The notes under the pieces are model-generated. The model did not search any database and was not told the DNA's origin. It saw only the letters and a list, made by a program, of their open reading frames with translations. A stretch of DNA of 64,000 bases from contig OZ244651.1 in NCBI GenBank assembly GCA_965218695.1, positions 896,001-960,000 of the forward strand, written 5' to 3'. Position numbers and translations under genes: made by a program. Source of the stretch: Nitrosopumilus sp. (GTDB lineage: Archaea; Thermoproteota; Nitrososphaeria; Nitrososphaerales; Nitrosopumilaceae). Shown piece after piece: positions 55,463-64,000 of the stretch. The stretch's first letter is position 1; every line of letters begins with the position of its first letter.

Positions 55463-56851
55463 TTGGTTGGCATCAATAGACAGAAAAAGCCTAAATCGAT
55501 CTTGATAAAAAACGCGTACATAATAACTGTAGATAAAATAGATAGAATAATTAAAAACGGATCCATTTTCGTTGAAAATGATCGAATCATCGATATAGGA
55601 AAGAGCGACGATTTGTTACAAAAATACAAAGCTGAAAAGATAATAGATGCCAGACAAAATCTTGTCATACCGGGCCTTATCAACACCCATTCTCACATGG
55701 TTTTTTACCTAACCCGCGGTCTTGGCATGGATAAACATACAATTGATTGGCTTAGGGCAGCTATTTGGCCTTTCATGCAAGAGCTTTCTGAAGATGATGC
55801 CCATATTGGTGCACTATTAGGATTTGCTGAAAATTTGAAGACTGGAACCACATTTGTTATTGACAATGAAACAGCTGTACGAAAAGATAGAAAGGGAATT
55901 TTTGACAGAGTCGCGCAGGCTGCTCAGGAGTCTGGGATTAAGGCGATACTACTAAGAGGGTATCAGGATGAGCCATCTAAAATACCCGAAATGTTTGTGG
56001 AGAGTCTGGATGAAATAAATCATGAATATGAAAGAATTATAGGAAAATGGCACAATAAAGGTGATGGTAGACTAAAGACTTGGATTCATCCCGGGAACCT
56101 GCTATACTGTAGCCCCGAATCTTTTTGCAAATTCAATGAATTAGCTAAAAAACATGATATTGGAATTCATACTCATGTTGCTGAAGATCGTGAAGGAACA
56201 AACCGTATTAAGGAAAGATACGGCAAGGGGTACATCGAGGTTTTTCGTGATATTGGCGTACTTGGACCCAAATTTCAAATGGCTCACACCATCTTTGTTT
56301 CAGAAAAAGAAATACAGATGATCGCTCAGGCACAGGCCCGAGTTATGTATACGCCAACAGCAGATATGCTACTTGCAGCGGGAGCACCACCCATTCATAA
56401 GATGCGTGACGCTGGAGTCGTTGTAGGACTTGGTACAGACTCGCCTAATAATAGTCAAGACATGATACAATGTATGAAGTTTGGAGCTCTACTTCTAAAG
56501 TCCACGACGGAGAATTCCACAATAATGCCTGCTCAAGAAATCTTGAGACTAGCCACAATAGAAGGCGCCAAGTCCATGGGATTAGAAAACGAAATCGGAT
56601 CACTTGAGGTTGGAAAGAAGGCCGATATTGTGATTGTTGACGTACATAAGATTCATACTACTCCACTACACGACCCCGTCTCCACGTTGGTTTATTCCTC
56701 TAGTGGTACTGATGTAGATACTGTCATCGTTGATGGTGAGGTTCTGGTTGAAGGAGGAAAACTAGTTCATATTAATGAAAGTGAAATTATGGAAGCGGCT
56801 CAAGAAGCGGCAGATGGAGTTGTGAAACGTAGCAAGACGCAGCTTAACTGA
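55463..56851 (+). CDS. Metal-dependent amidohydrolase, MTA/SAH-deaminase / SsnA / TRZ-ATZ-like
   Basis: PGLINTHSH, HTHVAE, MAHT, GLGTDS, GSLEVGKKAD. Confidence 0.88.
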   Translation: MVGINRQKKPKSILIKNAYIITVDKIDRIIKNGSIFVENDRIIDIGKSDDLLQKYKAEKIIDARQNLVIPGLINTHSHMVFYLTRGLGMDKHTIDWLRAAIWPFMQELSEDDAHIGALLGFAENLKTGTTFVIDNETAVRKDRKGIFDRVAQAAQESGIKAILLRGYQDEPSKIPEMFVESLDEINHEYERIIGKWHNKGDGRLKTWIHPGNLLYCSPESFCKFNELAKKHDIGIHTHVAEDREGTNRIKERYGKGYIEVFRDIGVLGPKFQMAHTIFVSEKEIQMIAQAQARVMYTPTADMLLAAGAPPIHKMRDAGVVVGLGTDSPNNSQDMIQCMKFGALLLKSTTENSTIMPAQEILRLATIEGAKSMGLENEIGSLEVGKKADIVIVDVHKIHTTPLHDPVSTLVYSSSGTDVDTVIVDGEVLVEGGKLVHINESEIMEAAQEAADGVVKRSKTQLN

Positions 56852-56859
56852 AAGCGAAA

Positions 56860-58470
56860 AAAGGTTGCAAACTTGTGATAAAAAACGATTCACTGCCAAC
56901 TTTGGTTTTGAAAATAAACAGTTTGATGATTCCATCATAACAGGAACAGCATTGCACATGTATTATTCAGGAATGTCAGTAAGGATATTCCCAACCATTA
57001 TGAGATGATGGAGACTGCCACATCATTCAAAACCAGCTATAGTGAAAAGCGAAAATTCGTTCCAAGTTCAGCACCTCTGACCGGAAACTATGTAGATCAG
57101 ATTGTCGCCTAACGCGGCATGAGCAAAGTAACACGGGAAGAACTCGAAGCAGCATACAAAAAAGAAAAAAACCTCAAGGTGGGAGTCAGAATGCTTGCAG
57201 TACACATGGTATATTTTCGCAAAGTGAGCATAGATGATGCAGCCGTCAGCCTTCTGCGATGCCCGCGATGGGTGCGCAACTGGCTGGAACGCTTCGAGAA
57301 CGGAGGCCTGCAAGGCCTCCGGGACCTTCCCAGATCCGGCAGGCCGCCCAAGATTTCGCCGGAAGCGATAGACGGCATACTGGACAAGGTAGACCGGCTC
57401 AAGACCACTCCTGCCGAACTGCGGCAGGTCATACACAGGGAGACGGGAACAAAGATGCACAGGACGAATGTCAGGAAAATCATGCAAAAATACGGCCTGT
57501 CTCCCAAGGGGTCGCAAAAAATCCACATCAACAGGGCCACCAAAACGGCCGTAAAAAGTTGGCAATATCGCCTCAAAAAGAGAATTTCACGCCTAGAAAA
57601 GGACAGTTTTGTCCTGGTCGTGCAAGACGAGGCGTTCTTCATACACGACGTAAAATCTGGCCGCAAGTATTGGTCGCCTGTGGGGGTGCCAATAACCGTG
57701 CCATACACGGGAAGCCACAAAAGAATTACCGTGTACGGTTCAGTCACGACGGACGGCAGGCAGTTCTTCAGGACTGCCAGCGGGTTCAACGCGCCCACTT
57801 TTGTTGCATATCTCAAGGCCATGCAGAGACATTTTGGGAAGGTGGCCGTCATGGTGGACAGGGCATCCCCGCACCGCGCAAAAGCCGTCCGGACGCTGCT
57901 GCGCGAGAACAGGAACATCAGGATCATATACCTGCCAAAAGGCTCGCCGTATCTCAACGCCGTGGAAGAATGCTGGCACCAGGGAAAACGGAACCTGCTT
58001 GTCTCAGAATACTACAAAACCTTCGTGGACATGCACAGAGCCGTCTCCCAGTATTATCGAACTGCGAGATTCAATCTGGACTTGATCAAATACTTTAACA
58101 GAAAAGCCGAATTATTTTGCAGGAACTTTTGATCGCCACTATATAACGGAGTTTCAAATGATTACAATCTGACTGCAAAATATCTCAATGGGCTCGTACC
58201 AAGAGTTGGTGACTGTTTCAGGGTAGACTAGTATAGATTAAAGTCGCAGGAAAGCAGAATTACCCGTTTGCAAGTATGGATGATGATACCAGATATTTGC
58301 TGACCAGCGACATGGCAGCTACAAAGTTCCGGCACAATGCAGACAGCCTGTCATCCATGACCAAAAAGCAGGCTGGCAAATCTCCAAGGAATTTCATAAC
58401 CGACGGACTTCCAGCCTGCATAAAGTCAGGCAGGAAGGTATTTGGAAAAAAGATAAACCGCGTCAGGCAT
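56860..58470 (+). pseudogene. Degraded IS6-like transposase, interrupted by IS630
   Basis: KRFTANFGF..MYYSGMS; MDDDTRYLL, FITDGLPA; internal stops. Confidence 0.6.
57040..58141 (+). mobile_element. IS630 1102-bp element, copy 2
   Basis: Near-identical to the 43603 copy; TA duplication. Confidence 0.95.
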
Positions 58471-60170
58471 AGTTGGGGCCAAAGCAATCCGCTCACCCTA
58501 GCCTAAAATGGCCTCACAATTCTGCTGTCCATCAGGCTTGGTGCGGTTAGAGGCCCAGGTTTGTGCAAAAACCTGGCCGCCGGTGAATAGGGACACATCA
58601 TTCCGGGTGCAGAAGCGGATTCTTCGCACACGAATGCGGTTAGTTTACCATAGCCCGTGAGCCGGTTGTCCATCTTTTCAAGAATGCCCGTTATTACAGT
58701 CTTTAGCTCCTCTATGGACTTGAAGTACCTACCAGCCAGCCGTTTCTTGAGATCCCGCCACACGTTCTCGATTTGGTTCAGCTGCGGTGTGTACGGCGGA
58801 AGGAATTCCCGCTCGATAGCTCCGCCTGCACCCTCCACGTATAGTGTCAATCAAAAGTCTTCTACGTCAGTCTGAGCGTAACATTTTTTGATCACTCCGC
58901 ACTACCGCCCACATGGATGAAAAAAGCAAAAAGCTGTTAATCCAGGCCTACAAGAAAGAGAAGAGGGGAACCATAAAGGACAGGATCCACGCCGTCTGCA
59001 TGGTCAAGATCAGGGGGCTGGGCGTATCCGAGGTGGCATCACTGTGCTTTTGCGACCCGCACACTGTCACAAGCTGGGTCCGGCATTTTGATAGCGAGGG
59101 TCTTGCAGGCCTGGAAGACAGGCCCCGCCCGGGCAGGCCGCCCAAGGTCGGGCTTGAGAAGATTGCGGGGCTTGCAGCAAGGACTGGCAGCATCACAACT
59201 CCAAAGCAGCTCAAAGAAAACATACGCAAAGAATTCAAGGTGACATACCACATTTCAAACGTCACAAAGATAATGCACAGGCTTGGCCTGTCTGCCAAGA
59301 CGGTCCAGCGCATCCACGTCAACAGGCCAGAGATCAAAAAGATCAGGCAGTGGCAGCGCAACGCCAAAAGGCGGATTTCACGCCTGCAAGAGAAGGGTTT
59401 TCTCCCAGTCGTCTTTGACGAGGCCATATTTGTAGACGATCCGGCATCGGGCGTAAAGTATTGGTCGCCAGAAGGCGAGCCGATTGTCACGACATACAAG
59501 GGACGGCACGGAAAGGTGGTGGCATACGGTTCCATTGTAACAGACGGCAGGCAGTTCTTCAGGACGCATGAAAAATTTGATAAGGAGACGGTCCTGCAGT
59601 ATCTCAAGGATCTGGTCAGGCATTTTGGAAAGGTGGTCGTAATCATGGATAATGCGCCACAACACAAGTCAAGGATCGTGATGAAATTTCTAAAGGAAAA
59701 TCCCGACATCAAGGTCATGTGGCTTCCAGCTGCAACGCCCGAGCTTAGCGGCGTGGAGGAGTACTGGCACCAGGCAAAACGTAACGTGCTGGTGTCCGAG
59801 TACTATGCCACGATAGTGCAGATGCGCAACGCGATGTCGGAGTATTTCAGGACCGCGCGTCCAAGGATTGACGTAATGGAGTTCATCTGTAGAAAGTCCC
59901 TAAATGTAAAAAACTTTTGATCGACACTATACTCGTTGATCGTGTGGGAATGGTGGTGTGATGCGTTGTCCAGAACCATGCAGGACTTTGGATGGCTCCC
60001 CCGGACGTACTCCATGAACCCCTTGAATGTCTCAGAGTTTGCGGATTCCGCTATGCGCACGTAGATCACGTCCATCCCCATTACGCCGAACAGCTTGACG
60101 GATTTTTTTGAGAAGCCGGTTCGGACCGTGTCGCGGCCTCCGGCGAGTACATCTGCGAGACTGGGATCAA
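58470..60170 (-). pseudogene. Degraded IS630 remnant hosting the 1088-bp element
   Basis: VLDNASHH (3' of insert) and LPPYTPQLNQIE (5' of insert) on the minus strand. Confidence 0.7.
58842..59929 (+). mobile_element. IS630 1088-bp element, copy 2 (transposase 58913..59920)
   Basis: Near-identical to the 49900 copy, inverted. Confidence 0.95.
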
Positions 60171-60206
60171 ATGACAGTATATATAGAGAATTGGTTTAAT
60201 ATTAAT

Positions 60207-61805
60207 ATGATCCTCAATATTGTTAAAAAGAATTTTTTTAGGGATTCAGTTCAAATGATGCAATTTTCTCAGCGATTAAGAGATGAGCAGGGAGTTGTTG
60301 ATGCAGCTATCGTGATGGCAACAGAATTCAACAAAAATACTCTCAAGAACATGGATCTATTAACGGAAGATGGCATTGCTGCTACCGAAAATGATACATT
60401 AATTTCAATTAATTGTGAAGACGAAAATTCGTTGAACGATACTATCCAAAAGGCAGAACAATTACTTGTATCAACTTCTGTGAAGACAAAAAATGAATTC
60501 ACTAGTCTGACATCTGCATTGGATTCCTTTAGCAATGCAAACATTGCATCATTATCAATTCCCGGTCAATTTGTTAAAGAAATGGCTGCAGAGTTGTTAG
60601 AAAAAAAACTCCATCTATTTGTTTTCAGTGATCATGTATCATTAGATGATGAAATCTACTTGAAAAATCTTGCGCTTGAAAACAATGTATTATTCATGGG
60701 GCCTGAAGCTGGGACATCCATACTTGATGGAAATGTGTTTGGATTTGGAAATAGGGTAAGAAAAGGTTCTGTCGGAATTATTGGAGCGTCAGGCACTGGA
60801 ATTCAAGAGTCCGCCACTCTACTAGATTTGTTTGGTGAGGGCATATCTCATGCAATAGGGGTTGGTGGAAGAGACTTACAGAAAGATGTGGGTGGGATGA
60901 TGACAATGAAGGCCATGGAAATTTTTGAAGATGATCCAAACACTAAAGCTGTTCTACTCGTTTCAAAACCAGTCGATGATGGTGTTAGAAATAATATCAT
61001 AAACAAAATCAACAATTTTTCAAAGAAAAATTATGTTTTTTGTTTCATTAGTGATAAAGAAAACCGTGAAGATTCTGCCAAAATAAAATTTTCCAAATCA
61101 ATTCAAACATCTGTGCTAAAAATTCTGCAGTCTCTAAATAGTAACGTTTACAAAAAAACTAAGAATGTTGTTAAGAACCAAGTTAACGATTCAATTAAAC
61201 TGGCTGAATCACTTTCCAAAGATTTAAACGAGGAGCAAAAATTTGTCAGGGGATTTTTTGCTGGGGGTACCCTTTGTTACGAATCCAAAACACTTTTGGA
61301 ACAAATTGTGGGAAAAGTATACTCTAATCTTAGCTCAGATGATGCATATTCCATTACGGGAGATGCACCCAGTAAAGAAAATACTTTAATTGATTTTGGT
61401 GAAGAGCAATTTACTTCTGCAAGACCACACCCTATCATCGATCCTTTATTGAGAAAGAACCGAATTCTTGAAGAAGCCAATGACCCAAACGTAAGCGTGA
61501 TAATTATTGATATAATATGTGGAATTAACGCTGCAAAAAATACCATGGCATTTCATGCTGAAACCATAAAAAAAGCTATTCAGATTGCTAAGGAAAAAGG
61601 CAGAAGACTGCCTGTTTTTACATACATTTGTGGAACAGAAAAGGATGTAAGTGAAAATGAGCTCCAGATGTTAAGAGATTCTGGAGCCAGAATTTTTACA
61701 TCCAATGCCTTGATGAGTTTTGCGGCTGCGCTTGTTGTTAAGAATTTAGATGAAAATTTGATGAAAAAAATTCGGTGTGAATTTTTGGAGGCAGAATTAT
61801 TTTGA
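60207..61805 (+). CDS. fdrA: FdrA (AllF)-like acyl-CoA-synthetase-fold protein
   Basis: FRDSVQMM, MGPEAGT, GASGTGIQE, IGVGGRDL, SKP, AGGTLCYE, DFGEEQFT..RPHPIIDP. Confidence 0.9.
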   Translation: MILNIVKKNFFRDSVQMMQFSQRLRDEQGVVDAAIVMATEFNKNTLKNMDLLTEDGIAATENDTLISINCEDENSLNDTIQKAEQLLVSTSVKTKNEFTSLTSALDSFSNANIASLSIPGQFVKEMAAELLEKKLHLFVFSDHVSLDDEIYLKNLALENNVLFMGPEAGTSILDGNVFGFGNRVRKGSVGIIGASGTGIQESATLLDLFGEGISHAIGVGGRDLQKDVGGMMTMKAMEIFEDDPNTKAVLLVSKPVDDGVRNNIINKINNFSKKNYVFCFISDKENREDSAKIKFSKSIQTSVLKILQSLNSNVYKKTKNVVKNQVNDSIKLAESLSKDLNEEQKFVRGFFAGGTLCYESKTLLEQIVGKVYSNLSSDDAYSITGDAPSKENTLIDFGEEQFTSARPHPIIDPLLRKNRILEEANDPNVSVIIIDIICGINAAKNTMAFHAETIKKAIQIAKEKGRRLPVFTYICGTEKDVSENELQMLRDSGARIFTSNALMSFAAALVVKNLDENLMKKIRCEFLEAELF

Positions 61806-61957
61806 TACCGGGCAATCTTCGAGTAATAAATATCGGCTTAAAGCTTTTTTATCAATCCCTAACGGAACAAAAGATTGAAGCCGTTCACGTCATCTGGGAA
61901 CCAAAACCAAAACTTGAAAAAGAGATTGAAGATATACTTGATAGAATGGACGTGTGA
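61802..61957 (+). CDS. Stand-alone FdrA C-terminal-domain peptide (51 aa; not in the ORF track)
   Basis: TTGA overlap with the fdrA stop; MIPGNLRVINIGLKLFYQSLTEQKIEAVHVIWEPKPKLEKEIEDILDRMDV matches the VINIGL..F...VHV.W.P tail of FdrA. Confidence 0.75.
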   Translation: MIPGNLRVINIGLKLFYQSLTEQKIEAVHVIWEPKPKLEKEIEDILDRMDV

Positions 61958-61968
61958 TTATTCAAATG

Positions 61969-62043
61969 GTATGAAGTCAGCTGCCTCATTTACTCAGGTA
62001 CGAATCTGTATGGCCGTCGGGTTTTTACGCCCGGCTTAATGTA
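61969..62043. mobile_element. MITE of the 51081 family, interrupted at TA by IS630
   Basis: GTATGAAGTCAGCTGCC..CTCAGG.ACGA.TCTGTATGGCCGT..TTTTACGCC aligns with 51081. Confidence 0.7.
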
Positions 62044-63028
62044 TAGTGGCGATCAAAAGTTCCTGCAAAATAATTCGGCTTTTCTGTTAAAGTATTTGAT
62101 CAAGTCCAGATTGAATCTCGCAGTTCGATAATACTGGGAGACGGCTCTGTGCATGTCCACGAAGGTTTTGTAGTATTCTGAGACAAGCAGGTTCCGTTTT
62201 CCCTGGTGCCAGCATTCTTCCACGGCGTTGAGATACGGCGAGCCTTTTGGCAGGTATATGATCCTGATGTTCCTGTTCTCGCGCAGCAGCGTCCGGACGG
62301 CTTTTGCGCGGTGCGGGGATGCCCTGTCCACCATGACGGCCACCTTCCCAAAATGTCTCTGCATGGCCTTGAGATATGCAACAAAAGTGGGCGCGTTGAA
62401 CCCGCTGGCAGTCCTGAAGAACTGCCTGCCGTCCGTCGTGACTGAACCGTACACGGTAATTCTTTTGTGGCTTCCCGTGTATGGCACGGTTATTGGCACC
62501 CCCACAGGCGACCAATACTTGCGGCCAGATTTTACGTCGTGTATGAAGAACGCCTCGTCTTGCACGACCAGGACAAAACTGTCCTTTTCTAGGCGTGAAA
62601 TTCTCTTTTTGAGGCGATATTGCCAACTTTTTACGGCCGTTTTGGTGGCCCTGTTGATGTGGATTTTTTGCGACCCCTTGGGAGACAGGCCGTATTTTTG
62701 CATGATTTTCCTGACATTCGTCCTGTGCATCTTTGTTCCCGTCTCCCTGTGTATGACCTGCTGCAGTTCGGCAGGAGTGGTCTTGAGCCGGTCTACCTTG
62801 TCCAGTATGCCGTCTATCGCTTCCGGCGAAATCTTGGGCGGCCTGCCGGATCTGGGAAGGTCCCGGAGGCCTTGCAGGCCTCCGTTCTCGAAGCGTTCCA
62901 GCCAGTTGCGCACCCATCGCGGGCATCGCAGAAGGCTGACGGCTGCATCATCTATGCTCACTTTGCGAAAATATACCATGTGTACTGCAAGCATTCTGAC
63001 TCCCACCTTGAGGTTTTTTTCTTTTTTG
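62044..63028 (-). mobile_element. IS630 1102-bp element, copy 3, interrupted by IS66
   Basis: Same sequence as the 43603 copy up to 63028. Confidence 0.93.
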
Positions 63029-64000
63029 GTAAGTGTTCACGTCGTGCCTAATTCAGTTCACTCTTGGGTAAATTTTGTGCAAACCACAGATCCAAATAGG
63101 ATGGTAATCCAAACCCGATGTGAAAAGCCAGGCTGAACTCAAAAAGATGTACACGGATCTCAAGACTGAGAACATCAAGCTCAAGCAGACGATTGAGATG
63201 CAAGGGCAGATAATTGAGGAATTGAATCTGGCAGTTGCTGATCTTAAGCGCAGGCTGGTGCGGCATGACAATTACAACACCCCGTCATCACAAAAAAGGG
63301 GGCCCGGATGGCCTGACACAAAGGGAAAAGGCGACGAAAAGAATGCCTACAATAAATCCACAAAAGCCTCCCGGGATCAAAAGGACCGCGTGGATGCGGC
63401 CGGCAGCGGGAAGTCGCGCGGGGGGCAAAAAGGCCACATGGGCCGCACCCGCAAGCCAAAACCCACCGAGTTTGAGGAACACACCCCGGAGGCCTGCCCC
63501 GAATGCGGCTCGGGTAGCCTTTCCATAGTGCAGTCAGAAAAACGCGACATTACCAAGGTGGAGCGCACGATAAAGGTCATCACCACGCGCCACACCATAA
63601 ACACGTGTCGCTGCTCCTGCGGTCTGGTGGACATCAAGCCCGAGACCGGCCTTCCAGACAAGGGCAGCTACGATCCGAGCATAACGACTGATGTTGCAGA
63701 CGATTACGTGTGTCGCATGCCGTTTAGGATGATCGCAGACCGCATGTCGCGGTACGGAATTACACTCTCCTCGGGCACGGCGCACAACATAATGCGCAGG
63801 CTGGGAACGTCGCTGGGCGCCCCTGCGGCAGCCATTGCCGCCATGATACGCAAGGCCAAGATACTGCACGCCGACGAGACATCGATTCACCTAAACGGCC
63901 GCAACGTCTGGGTGTGGATACTGCACGATCCGCTGACCGGGCACGCGCTGTACGTGATACGGGACAGCCGGGGGGCAAAGGTTCTGAAAGAAGCGCTTGG
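63029..64000 (+). mobile_element. IS66 1526-bp element, copy E (runs off window)
   Basis: GTAAGTGTTCACGT left end; matches copy A. Confidence 0.95.

Noticed and set aside
60108-60206. N-terminal extension of FdrA; similarly 17380-17496, 23244-23309, 28158-28319 and 16644-16683
   Set aside because: Extensions run through IS remnants, promoters or structured RNA; family homology starts at downstream codons
72-63978. Numerous overlapping or antisense ORFs in the ORF track (e.g. 5497..6561, 43822..44661, 20766..21653)
   Set aside because: They are shadows of GC-rich transposases or core genes, with no motifs and recurring identically with IS copies
1-64000. tRNA, rRNA or integrase attachment site for the island
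   Set aside because: No cloverleaf, rRNA signature or tyrosine/serine integrase recognised by eye

Overview
Most likely a Nitrosopumilaceae-type (thaumarchaeal, ammonia-oxidiser lineage) chromosome segment. This is inferred from archaeal purP, the purSQLF and bioDABF layout, and a CFI-box-CTERM sorting domain. The window is in a massive IS expansion; my rough sum is about half of it mobile DNA. Three zones: (1) 1-19.5 kb is an IS jungle (two IS66 lineages, IS630, ISH3, IS5/ISL2-like, IS110) around three stand-alone defence-type genes: ApeA-like HEPN, AbiV-like and SIR2-like. (2) 19.7-36.9 kb is a GC-richer core block: bioD/A/B/F, purP, ubiX, tatAC, purF/L/Q/S and two solo tnpB genes. (3) 37-64 kb is an AT-richer metabolic island shattered by nested ISs. 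It encodes a BMP-family nucleoside-binding protein fused to a thaumarchaeal C-terminal anchor, a Nup-type ABC transporter, an amidohydrolase/deaminase, and split FdrA(AllF)-like plus YlbE(AllG)-like proteins, i.e. a candidate purine/nucleoside uptake-and-ammonia-release system. Non-coding highlights are an IS110 leader with bridge-RNA architecture whose loop matches the flanking insertion site, a ~91-bp IS66-type MITE family with 8-bp TSDs, motifs shared between the two tnpB 3' RNAs, and an orphan structured RNA candidate next to ubiX. All family assignments are from motif recognition by eye; no database searches were run.
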